This document shows, one piece after another, positions 24,871 through 33,296 of a DNA stretch of 64,000 bases. The notes beneath the pieces were generated by a model that did not search any database, was not told where the DNA came from, and saw nothing but the letters and a program-made list of their open reading frames with translations. Origin of the DNA: Candidatus Aldehydirespirator sp. (GTDB lineage: Bacteria > Actinomycetota > Acidimicrobiia > Acidimicrobiales > Aldehydirespiratoraceae); assembly GCA_965221185.1 (NCBI GenBank), contig OZ244866.1:2390901-2454900 (forward strand), written 5' to 3'. The stretch's first letter is position 1; each line of letters starts with the position of its first letter. Position numbers and translations under genes: made by a program.

Positions 24871-27108
24871 ATGCTGACAATACACCGCGTCGAGATCAAG
24901 GACTTCGTGTGCTTTGATCGTCTCGTCATCGAACCGTCCGCTGTCTCCGACAAGCCCTTGACGGTCATACGCGCCGAGAACAGTTCCGGCAAGACGACCT
25001 TCTTGCGGGCCGTCCGTTGGGGCATGTACGGCGAGAAGGGACTTCCGGGCATCGCGTCGCGGTTCCCTCTGCATCCAGCCTGGTGGAGCCCAGACCGACC
25101 CGCCATGGAAACCAGCGTGTCAATAGAATTCGAGACAGACGGATCCAGCCGCAACTTCGAGGCGACAGGGGCTACACCGTCACGGTACCTGCTCTGCCGG
25201 ACTGTGAGAACAATCGGAAAGCCCGAAGCGAGAGATGACGAACCCGACTTCCACCGTATCGAAGAAAAGGCCACCCTTATGGTGCGGGCTCTCGACGGCC
25301 AGTGGGGCACGCATGAGCAGTCCCCGGACGCGGTAGTCGCTGAACTGCTGCCATGGGAGTTGAGAGACTTCTTCATCATGAACGCCGATGAGGCCGCCGA
25401 CTTTGTCGGCGGTAGCGAGAACAAGCCCGTATCTCGGCAGGAATATCGGGCCAAGACAACTGACGCGATCAATAGCTTGCTCGGTCTAGAGGTGTTCAAG
25501 AAGGCCCGCGACCGGGTTGAGGAAATCGCCCGAGGATTTGCAAAGAAAGCCACCAACGCCATTGGCGATCGCGATCTAATCGAACTCCAAGAAAAGCTGG
25601 ATGAGAGGAGAGCACGCAAGCAGAAGACCGAGGAAGCGATCCAAGAGTTGAAGGGCACGGAGGCAGACCTAGCCGACAGTCTCGAACAACTTGAGTCGGA
25701 TCTCGAGGAAGAGATCGGGCGGCTAAGCGCCTACGACACCTGGAGTGAACGGCTCGGCAAGAACCGTGAGGAGCACAAGTCGGCAGTTTCCGAACGCGCC
25801 AACTTCGTCGCCGACCTTGCAGGCAGCCTTGAGTCGCCCGACTTACTCGCTCGATTGGCGTCTGTGGCGATTATGTCGACCCACAGGTTCCTCGAACCGC
25901 TGCATGAACAGGGGCGTATACCCGTCGCCCATCTCTCGTTCGTCCGCAGCCTGCTGCAGCAGGGCCGATGCGTCTGCGGACAGGACCTCTCAGAAGATAG
26001 CGATCATCGGCGCTGCGTGGAGCGAAGGGTCGCTGAAGCAGATCAAGAGGCAGCTAGAGCCGGTTACCTGTACCACCTCTATCAGGCGACGCTGTCGCTG
26101 CACGGCCTGGCAGAGACCTCTGATTGGAAGAACAAGCGCGCCCGCCATGCCGCCAATCTCGCCCTCTGCGATAAGCGAATCTCTGACTTGGAAACTGAAG
26201 AGAAGGATCTCGATTCTAGGCTGGCCGACATCGAAGAGGAGAAGGTACAGACCGCCAGGGACGAGATAGCAGCCTACAAGATTCAACTCGAAACAGTAAG
26301 ACGGGATCTGACGCTTCTCGAAGCGACAAGGCGGCAACTGGAACAAGAAATAGACCCGCTTGTAAAAGAGATCGCCCAGCGGCAACGCAACGAGCAAGCG
26401 GCAACTGACCTTCGTATCGCAGAGGAAATGGCACAATATGCGGTCGATCTTCTCGACCGGGCCTACTCAACCATCGAACAAGACCAAGTGAACGCCTTGT
26501 CAGAGCGGATGAACCTGCTCTTTCAGCAGATGGCCGCCAACGTCTCAGACGCGGACTTCTCTGAGGCCCACCACAGCAAAGCCAATCTCCGTATGATCAC
26601 AAGAGTGGGCGTGCGACCTGTTGAAGGCAGGATCGGGAGCTTCGAGATCTACGCATTGAATAACCGTGCACGTGCCATGACGCCAGTCCAAATCAACGGT
26701 GCTTCGCGGCGCGTACTTGCTCTCTCCTTCGTGCTAGCGCTCTGTGACGAATCGAATACGCAGGCACCGCTCATCGCTGACTCACTACTCAATTTCTTGT
26801 CCGGTTCAGTGCGGCATAACACCCTGAGAGTGACTTCGGAGCACTCCCGGCAGCCGATCCTATTACTCACAAACTCAGACCTAGAGGCGTCCACAGAGGT
26901 AGCGGTAGTAGAAAGACACGCCGGAGCCACTTACACACTTACCGGCCAATGGGACGCTATTGAAGCCGGTACGGGCGGGGACGTAGTTCGTCGGACCCAA
27001 GACAAGTTGGTAGCGCTACTGTGCTCATGCGGGCCTCGCCAGCATTGCGACATCTGTGAGCGCACCGGACAAGCGGAAGCTGTCGGCTGGACAAGACGAC
27101 ACAACTAA
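24871..27108 (+). CDS. DndD-like SMC/ABC-type ATPase with long coiled coil (745 aa)
   Basis: An AGGAA RBS is present. The N-terminus IHRVEIKDFVCFD...AENSSGKTTFLRAVRWGMYG carries Walker A. A central coiled coil follows. The C-terminal PLIADSLLNFLSGSVRHN...PILLLTNSDLE parallels the DndD P.IIDTPLgRLD..HR...vilLsTDeE block as recalled. A CSCG...CDIC cluster sits at the C-terminus. Confidence 0.65.
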   Translation: MLTIHRVEIKDFVCFDRLVIEPSAVSDKPLTVIRAENSSGKTTFLRAVRWGMYGEKGLPGIASRFPLHPAWWSPDRPAMETSVSIEFETDGSSRNFEATGATPSRYLLCRTVRTIGKPEARDDEPDFHRIEEKATLMVRALDGQWGTHEQSPDAVVAELLPWELRDFFIMNADEAADFVGGSENKPVSRQEYRAKTTDAINSLLGLEVFKKARDRVEEIARGFAKKATNAIGDRDLIELQEKLDERRARKQKTEEAIQELKGTEADLADSLEQLESDLEEEIGRLSAYDTWSERLGKNREEHKSAVSERANFVADLAGSLESPDLLARLASVAIMSTHRFLEPLHEQGRIPVAHLSFVRSLLQQGRCVCGQDLSEDSDHRRCVERRVAEADQEAARAGYLYHLYQATLSLHGLAETSDWKNKRARHAANLALCDKRISDLETEEKDLDSRLADIEEEKVQTARDEIAAYKIQLETVRRDLTLLEATRRQLEQEIDPLVKEIAQRQRNEQAATDLRIAEEMAQYAVDLLDRAYSTIEQDQVNALSERMNLLFQQMAANVSDADFSEAHHSKANLRMITRVGVRPVEGRIGSFEIYALNNRARAMTPVQINGASRRVLALSFVLALCDESNTQAPLIADSLLNFLSGSVRHNTLRVTSEHSRQPILLLTNSDLEASTEVAVVERHAGATYTLTGQWDAIEAGTGGDVVRRTQDKLVALLCSCGPRQHCDICERTGQAEAVGWTRRHN

Positions 27109-27120
27109 AGGACCGCCACC

Positions 27121-27615
27121 ATGAGCTACTTTGTTCAACTGCTATCCCAGAAGGCACATACGCTGCGCCTGCCGCGCAAGTACACGGCTGAAGTTCAACG
27201 GTATGTGCTAACACACCAGACCGCAGCGACCCACGACAGAGCGCCCTTCCGCCGCCAGCTCGACTTCTGGGCCTTCAGCGTTGCCACTGCGCTTGCCCGA
27301 GAACTGGCACCACTCAATGGGCCGTCATCACAGTGGGGGGACAAGTTCGTCGACACCCGCAACGTTGAGATGCCCAAGGAACTGTGCGACCTGCTCGCCG
27401 TCGCAGCCTTCCACCAACTGGGTGCGGAACACGACCAAATCAACGACGCTGCACAGATCATCGAGATAGGCAACCGCCTCGCCGGAGCGGGATGCCCTGG
27501 AGTACTGGAACAACTCGGCAGCCGCGATCTTCGCCTGACTCCGTTGGAGAAGGCCCTTAACCACGCCGCATTAACGCTTGCAGACGTCGTCACCTACCCT
27601 GAGCCAAGCATATAG
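27121..27615 (+). CDS. 164-aa helical protein, possibly DndE-superfamily / dnd-associated small protein
   Basis: AAGGA RBS and a 12-nt gap after the ATPase. The pattern APFRRQLDFWAFSVATAL ... LLAVAAF ... IIEIGNRLAGAGCPGVLEQL resembles small helical proteins found next to DndD-like ATPases. This recollection is weak. Confidence 0.3.
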   Translation: MSYFVQLLSQKAHTLRLPRKYTAEVQRYVLTHQTAATHDRAPFRRQLDFWAFSVATALARELAPLNGPSSQWGDKFVDTRNVEMPKELCDLLAVAAFHQLGAEHDQINDAAQIIEIGNRLAGAGCPGVLEQLGSRDLRLTPLEKALNHAALTLADVVTYPEPSI

Positions 27616-27619
27616 GCGG

Positions 27620-28468
27620 TTACTTTCCCATTTGACGATCAAGAGTCTCTAGTACTAGTTGAACTACGCTGCAGGCTTCGCGAACCACAAAGTGCGCGAC
27701 ACTCGGCCCAACCGCAGTTGGCAAAATCCTCCCATGTCCTGTTCCCTCATCGTTTCGAAGTCTGTTCGTCATCTGAGCGATCTCCCACGATGACTGGAGA
27801 ATGGCACGAAGCTCCTTGGCTCCGACCTCATTCAACTTCACCTGCTGAGGCAATATGCCTAACCGATCTCGGGCATGATGCCACAATTCATCAAACGATG
27901 TGCTCGGTCGATATGGGACGCTGAAAGCCTTGCACACATACTTCGCAGTCGACTCAAGCATTTCTTTCGCCGTGCCTAACATCAGAGCTGGATCATCCGA
28001 GGCACGCCGAAGACGATTGAGTTGATCCTCAATTGCTGGACGACCTGTCGTAGCCACAACAGAGGCCACGCCAGCAGGATGAAGCTCACCTTCGTCGGTT
28101 AACTCCCAACTGATCCGCGCGAAGGCTGCCCTAGCCCGCTGGCGGAGGCTCTCAAGCCTAGAGTCCGATGTCTCGTCTCCTTCGAAGAAACCGACGGCTC
28201 GATATTCCGCGAGGAGCCCTTCGACGAGTTCGCGCGATCCTTCAGGTTCGCGCACCGCTGCAAGGATCGTCCGTCGAACGCGGTCTTCTTTGTTAGGTTG
28301 CAGGTTCGGGTCATTGCGATCATAGGGCGCGGCAGCTCCGAAGCCCGATCGCGTGAATACTCCGGTTAGGACACTATGGGTTGGGCCAACGCCACCGGAC
28401 ACGAAAGCACCGAGCGTTGCCCCAACCTCATTACTCACAGGGTGCCGTGCCAACGAGACCCTCCTCAT
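27620..28468 (-). CDS. Abortive-infection C-terminal (Abi_C) domain protein
   Basis: ALMLGTAKEMLESTAKYVCK ... LQSSWEIAQMTNRLRNDEGTGHGR ... AHFVVREACSVVQLV matches the Abi_C pattern (..aKellEs..K......l....RN..g.aHG...A....a) as recalled. The gene is AT-richer than its surroundings and is convergent with the Ssp operon. Confidence 0.6.
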   Translation of the reverse strand: MRRVSLARHPVSNEVGATLGAFVSGGVGPTHSVLTGVFTRSGFGAAAPYDRNDPNLQPNKEDRVRRTILAAVREPEGSRELVEGLLAEYRAVGFFEGDETSDSRLESLRQRARAAFARISWELTDEGELHPAGVASVVATTGRPAIEDQLNRLRRASDDPALMLGTAKEMLESTAKYVCKAFSVPYRPSTSFDELWHHARDRLGILPQQVKLNEVGAKELRAILQSSWEIAQMTNRLRNDEGTGHGRILPTAVGPSVAHFVVREACSVVQLVLETLDRQMGK

Positions 28469-28919
28469 CGTCCTGCACTCGTCGGCCGCGTGTCAGAAAG
28501 AGCCGCCTGCGAACTCTCCAGGAGACTATCGGGCTGTCTTTTGATTCGTGAGGCATCTTGGCCACGTCGTCGCCGTTCGAGTCCTCCACCCTCCACAGCT
28601 CCCGGCTCGTTGCGAGGCACACGAACGGGAACCCAACCCGGACACTGCGGCCCAGGCGATACCTGTGCATCAGCAGCTTCAGGTCGAGTTCGGCCTCGCT
28701 GAACGACACCCGGGTGGGCCGCCCCCCGGCCAGGCGTCCGATCAGCCACAGCAGGAGCAGCGGCTTGTACGGGGCCGGGCGTCCTTGTCCCTGCTGGCGA
28801 ACCGCCCGATCGACTCGACCTTGCCGACCCTGTTAGCGCTCACAGACCCAGTAGTCGGCCCGCTCCGGCACATCCACATCGTCGGTCCACCATCGGTCCA
28901 CTGCCCTACCAGCCGGAGG
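28431..28919 (-). pseudogene. Decayed ORF with KPLLLLW...FPF..L...ELW domain (N-terminal module of modification-dependent HNH-type endonucleases?)
   Basis: One frame reads WWTDDVDVPERADYWVCER, then a stop (TAA, plus-strand 28833-28835), then QGRQGRVDRAVRQQGQGRPAPYKPLLLLWLIGRLAGG...VGFPFVCLATSRELWRVEDSNGDDV. The frame then runs into the Abi gene start, and no catalytic domain follows. Confidence 0.35.
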
Positions 28920-28959
28920 CTAAGGCGCCGATCATACCCACGGCCGCCCCACCGCTTCG

Positions 28960-29214
28960 CTACAACGGAATGGGCCGGAGCCGGGTACGGGTGGCCCGAT
29001 AGATGTAAGGGCCGGGAAGGTTGACGAGCCGCTCGATGTCTCGCCACTGGCGCATGAGTACTTCGAGTTGCGCCCAGACCGTTCCCGCATCAGCACTGCT
29101 GAGCACGACGAGCCGTGCGCCACTCTCGACTACCGCCTCGATCTCGGCGATTCGCCTCGATATCGGGGCATCGCGGGAGGTCTCGTAGGCCGCGGCCCAG
29201 CGGACGCTCTCCAC
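28960..29214 (-). CDS. Short orphan ORF (84 aa), possibly a gene fragment
   Basis: GTG start and no clear RBS. The sequence ARLVVLSSADAGTVWAQLEVLMRQWRDIERLV was not recognised. It is flanked by non-coding-looking DNA. Confidence 0.2.
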   Translation of the reverse strand: MESVRWAAAYETSRDAPISRRIAEIEAVVESGARLVVLSSADAGTVWAQLEVLMRQWRDIERLVNLPGPYIYRATRTRLRPIPL

Positions 29215-29343
29215 GGCGAGGTTGGCACGCAGCGTTCACGGACGGGAACAGCCGAGAATGGCCGCTTACAGACGCGGGGCGATGGCAGCCAACGCAGGCG
29301 TGTCCCGAGATGTCGACTCCGAGTCGCTTCGCTAGCGAGACGG

Positions 29344-30768
29344 CTACGTTGAGAGTTGCTGATCCGCTGAGGGCCCGGCGCTCTCGGGCTCCGCGTCGGG
29401 ACGGCGTTCGAGGCGGGGCGCCGCTGGCGTGACTGCTCGGAGGTTCTGGAGGACGTCGCCGTAGAAGACTGTCACGGCGTCGAGAATCCCGTCGATGAAG
29501 CCGGGCTTGCGGGCGGAGCGCCGGCCATGCCCCATCTCCGAGCGTCGCAGGACACGAAACCGGACAGGGTCCTTCCGGGACTCACCGAGCCCGGCCTTCG
29601 GGTCTTGGAGCAGCTGTTCCAAAGTCGCGACGACAGGCGCTCTGGCTCCATGGGCATACGTCTCGACGATCAGTGACCCCTCGGTTTCACGCAACTGCCT
29701 GGTGAGCCAGGTGACGCGAGCCCGGCCACCCCGGTCACGGGGAGCATCGAACCCAGCACTCGTCGTCACGAGACGGGCCCGCAAATCGGCGGTGACGGTC
29801 ATGTCAGCGATCGCGTCGGGCACACGGAGCGTCCCCGAGAGGGTGCCGTCGTCGCAGACAGACTCGACGAAGGCCCGGTTGCGCTGTTGCACATCATCCC
29901 GATGCGCCCTCGGTATGACCTCCCGCACTTCGGATCCGATCTCGACGCCCAGCTTCAGCGCCGCGTACCTCAGGAGCTGGTCCCAACGCTGACAGACCTC
30001 CACAACGGCGCTGTCTCGCCGGTCGAGGGTTCCCTCCCGTGCGCCGTCGCGCACCGCCGTCCAGTTGGCGCCCATGTCGGAGAACGCCAACGCGCCCGAG
30101 TTCGGATGCTCGAGATATCGGATCAGCTCGTTGAGGATCCATGCCTGCTCCGGGTCATCCACGCCACGATGCGTGTGCTCCTTGACCGCCTCGGCAAGGA
30201 TCATCGTCCACGACATGTGGTGAACCTGAACCTTGGAGTTCGACCTCAACCGCAATCCGTCGGTCGGATGAACACCCGGCGACGGTGCGATCTCATTGGA
30301 GATGGTGATCACGCAATCATGGTTGTTCAGGCGAGCGATCTCGATGTACGCATTGATCTGTTCAGCGTCGAGCTTGGCATCGCCGGTCTTCACCTCGACC
30401 AGGGCCTCGAACCTGCTCATGCGGCCGAACGACACCCGCACGAGCCCGTCCGGTCGCACCGTGCGCCCGTCCGGGGTGTCGTAAGCGACTTCGGTGAACG
30501 CCTCGACCGTCGCCCTGTCAGCCCGGGTGGCCCCCAACGGCGTGAGCAGCGCCTTCGAATACGGCCGCACGATCGTCAACACCGCCAACAGCGCAGACGT
30601 GGCGCGAGCCTCAGCCTCCTTGTCGCCGGAAATCCCCGCCACGGGGATCAGCCGTGCCGGTTGTGCCTCGAATTCCACAGCCCCTCCCGGTGCAGCCCCA
30701 AGTTTCGGAGCCACGGTAGCCCCCTCAGCACGACCCGATAGCCGCAACAATCGACAATATCGAAGCAT
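29344..30768 (-). CDS. Hypothetical protein with N-terminal PD-(D/E)xK-like nuclease motif (474 aa maximum)
   Basis: RPDGLVRV...FEALVEVKTG...ITISNE fits a D...E.K restriction-endonuclease-like core. A more likely start is the GTG at 30714, which is preceded by GAGGGGG. Confidence 0.45.
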   Translation of the reverse strand: MLRYCRLLRLSGRAEGATVAPKLGAAPGGAVEFEAQPARLIPVAGISGDKEAEARATSALLAVLTIVRPYSKALLTPLGATRADRATVEAFTEVAYDTPDGRTVRPDGLVRVSFGRMSRFEALVEVKTGDAKLDAEQINAYIEIARLNNHDCVITISNEIAPSPGVHPTDGLRLRSNSKVQVHHMSWTMILAEAVKEHTHRGVDDPEQAWILNELIRYLEHPNSGALAFSDMGANWTAVRDGAREGTLDRRDSAVVEVCQRWDQLLRYAALKLGVEIGSEVREVIPRAHRDDVQQRNRAFVESVCDDGTLSGTLRVPDAIADMTVTADLRARLVTTSAGFDAPRDRGGRARVTWLTRQLRETEGSLIVETYAHGARAPVVATLEQLLQDPKAGLGESRKDPVRFRVLRRSEMGHGRRSARKPGFIDGILDAVTVFYGDVLQNLRAVTPAAPRLERRPDAEPESAGPSADQQLST

Positions 30769-30776
30769 AGAGTCCC

Positions 30777-31496
30777 ATGCTCATGGCTCTCAGCGACACC
30801 GCGGCGGATCGGGTGGAGCGGTTCCTGGCTGCACATCCGACCGGGCCGCTGGTGGTGTGCGTGGGGTCGGCGAGTGTGGCGGGGATCGGGTGGCTCGCCC
30901 AGCGCTCCCGCGGACGGCGGGTGACTCTGTTCATCGGCGACATGAAGAGCCGCAACTTCGCCCTAGCCACAGGCCGCGACCGCTCTGCCGCCCTCGCCTT
31001 CGTGAGCCGCACCGACGTAGATGTGCGCAACTGGTACCGCACCGGGCGCTCCAGCCAGGGGCGCTCCGAGGCCCACCTCAAGGTCTGGGCGGCCTGCGAC
31101 GACACCGGAGCTCCGCAGGCCTTCCTAGTCGGGTCGGCCAACCTCACCATCGCTGGATTGCACGAGAACATCGAGCTGATGGCCCTCGCCGACGCCTCAG
31201 AGCATGGCTATCTGTGCAGCACCCTCCAACATCTCCTCGACAAGTCATGGGACGCCAAGGAGCGGCTAGAGAAATGGATCGAGCACGGCGACTCACCCGA
31301 CCGCTCCCATCCCCCGACACGCCGCCGGCCCGACCACAAACCGTCCACGCGAGGCAAGCAACGACAGCACGCCCCCTCAGCATCCACCGGCTGCGGGCCA
31401 CAAGTACTAGCGATGGTCTCCCTGACAGCGGCCGCAGCCGCTCTACTCATCAGCCGCGGGCGCCGCAGGCCTGCGAGACACTTCGCTCACGGCTAG
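30777..31496 (+). CDS. PLD-family (HKD-like) nuclease-type protein with C-terminal hydrophobic helix
   Basis: AHLKVWAACDD...FLVGSANLT resembles the Nuc/NgoFVII-type H.K...D...GS.N motif, although the spacing is one residue longer than canonical. The basic tail ends in VLAMVSLTAAAAALLI. Confidence 0.5.
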   Translation: MLMALSDTAADRVERFLAAHPTGPLVVCVGSASVAGIGWLAQRSRGRRVTLFIGDMKSRNFALATGRDRSAALAFVSRTDVDVRNWYRTGRSSQGRSEAHLKVWAACDDTGAPQAFLVGSANLTIAGLHENIELMALADASEHGYLCSTLQHLLDKSWDAKERLEKWIEHGDSPDRSHPPTRRRPDHKPSTRGKQRQHAPSASTGCGPQVLAMVSLTAAAAALLISRGRRRPARHFAHG

Positions 31497-31915
31497 CTGC
31501 CGGCGGCGCTGGTGAAGAGGGCTATCCAGATCGAGATGGTGGCCACTGCGATGGTGGAGACGATGACGTAGAGCTGCTTGGCCTGGCTCTTGATGATCTC
31601 GGCTCGCTCCTTGGTCGCCTGAGCGAAGCCGTCGTGCATCTCGACTCGCAAAGCGGCATAGCTCTCAACGAGCTTGCCGTGGCTCTCGACAAGGCTTGCG
31701 CGACTTTCGGCGAGCTTGACGTTGGTCTCAGCGATCGCCTCCGTGAAGGCGGCCCTCAAGCGCAGCTCGACTCCGGCGAGGTCCTCCTTCGTGGCGACCT
31801 GGTCCCAGCCGCTGGGCGGGAGCTGGTCCATGAGGGTGTCTGCGGCTTCTTCGCCCATCGAGTCCACCAGGCTTGCGTACAGAGCGGCGCGCTGTGCTTG
31901 GGTCGCGGCCACCAC
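31493..31915 (-). CDS. Coiled-coil protein with C-terminal TM anchor (DUF1640-like), paralog 1
   Basis: A GTG start at 31915 is preceded by GGAGG. AAT.AQRAALYASLVDSMGEEAADTLMDQLPPSGWDQVATKEDL parallels the protein encoded at 33297-33722. Confidence 0.6.
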   Translation of the reverse strand: MVAATQAQRAALYASLVDSMGEEAADTLMDQLPPSGWDQVATKEDLAGVELRLRAAFTEAIAETNVKLAESRASLVESHGKLVESYAALRVEMHDGFAQATKERAEIIKSQAKQLYVIVSTIAVATISIWIALFTSAAGS

Positions 31916-32100
31916 GAGACCTCCGTCCGTTCGAGTTGATCGGCTGGGGGCGCCCGTGGGGGCTGCTCCGAGGCCGCCGGTCAGGCCCCGCAGGCCCAAC
32001 GCGACAAGCGTGACTACTCTACACCCTCGTATCTGTTATTTCAATCCAACTGATGATGACAAGTATAATTCCGAGTATCTCAATGGATGGCGAGCAAAGC

Positions 32101-32463
32101 TTAGGCAGGGATGGGGGTCTGGGCGGTCAGGCCGCCGTCGATGGTGAACAGGCTGCCGGACACGAACGACGCCTCGTCGCTGGCCAGCCACAGCACTAGG
32201 GCGGCCACATCCTGCGGGCGGCCCAGCCGGCCCACCGGATGACGCTCCACCGTCGCGGTCCGGGCCGCCACCGGATCGGCGGCCACATCGAAGACGGAGT
32301 CGGCCACATCCGTGCGGACCCAGCGGCCCAGCCCGTCCGGCGGCTCGCTGCGACTGCCGGTCATCACCCGAGCACCCGAGGCCGCGAAGCGCTCTGCCAC
32401 CGCAAGCCCGATCCCCGAGCTGGCACCCGTCACCACCACCGCTGCGCCCTTCAACGAGACCAT
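32101..32463 (-). pseudogene. Short-chain dehydrogenase remnant with internal deletion (120 aa)
   Basis: The Rossmann motif VVVTGASSGIGLA joins almost directly to the SDR C-terminus GRLGRPQDVAALVLWLASDEASFVSGSLFTIDGG. The NNAG and S...YxxxK catalytic regions are absent. Confidence 0.55.
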
Positions 32464-32592
32464 CGCCAACTCCCCCTTCATCGGCCGCTGCCATAGCTTG
32501 CGACAGCCCGCGTGACACTGCATAGACGCGTCTCCAGCACCAGCCGGTCAACGCCGCAGCGGCGAAGGTGAGGGTGCGATGGGGTCGGGGAA

Positions 32593-33057
32593 TCAGTCGG
32601 TGGTGCCGTGCTCGATGGCGTCCAGCAGTGCGTCCTTCTCGGCCCTCGGCAGTTCCAGCACTTCGCCCGAAGGAGCGTCCATCGTCGGGTATATGGCCAC
32701 TCCCACGGCAGCCAAGCGGGTCAGCAGGACATTGGCGAGGTGATCGAGGGCGTACAGGGCCGCCTGCATCTGGCTGGAAGCCGCAGAGGGCAGCTTGTCG
32801 GTGTTCTCTGAGAAACTCCCCAGCAGGTCGAACCTGGCGTCGTAGACCCTCCCCAGCCTGTGGGTCACGGAGTACTCCTCGTGTCGGTCGCGCCAGCCCC
32901 GGTCGACCGCTCTGATGGCTTCGATGGCGCGAGAACGGTCAGTGTGACTGCCGTCGGCAATCACCCGGGCCAGCGCGTCCCTGGCACCGGCGACGGCTTC
33001 CTGCTCCTGCGTGTCCATTGCCTTCTGGTTCGATGCCCTCTGCTTGGATCGCAACAT
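32593..33057 (-). CDS. Hypothetical protein (154 aa)
   Basis: ORF with plausible coding character. No motif was recognised. An alternative start is at 33018. Confidence 0.35.
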   Translation of the reverse strand: MLRSKQRASNQKAMDTQEQEAVAGARDALARVIADGSHTDRSRAIEAIRAVDRGWRDRHEEYSVTHRLGRVYDARFDLLGSFSENTDKLPSAASSQMQAALYALDHLANVLLTRLAAVGVAIYPTMDAPSGEVLELPRAEKDALLDAIEHGTTD

Positions 33058-33296
33058 CAGGACCCTCCTGCGGTTCGGCGGATAAGGGAATAGGAGCCAC
33101 GGCGACCGCTTCGCTTCGGGGCTACGGATTCACCCTACCGCAGTGCTTTGATTTTTCAAGTCACTTCATGATAGAGTGCTGCTACCGGCATCGTCCGGTA
33201 CACTAAAATCATCACAGCGTGGTCGCCAGTAAATCGGGAGCACCTTTGGAGGCTCCCCGCTAATCGAGAGTATTATCGAGTAGAGGGGACGCCACC

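Noticed and set aside
28561-28600. tRNA-like T-arm string GTTCGAGTCC
   Set aside because: The flanking bases cannot form T-stem or acceptor pairing, and no anticodon arm is evident. No tRNA gene was recognised anywhere in the window.
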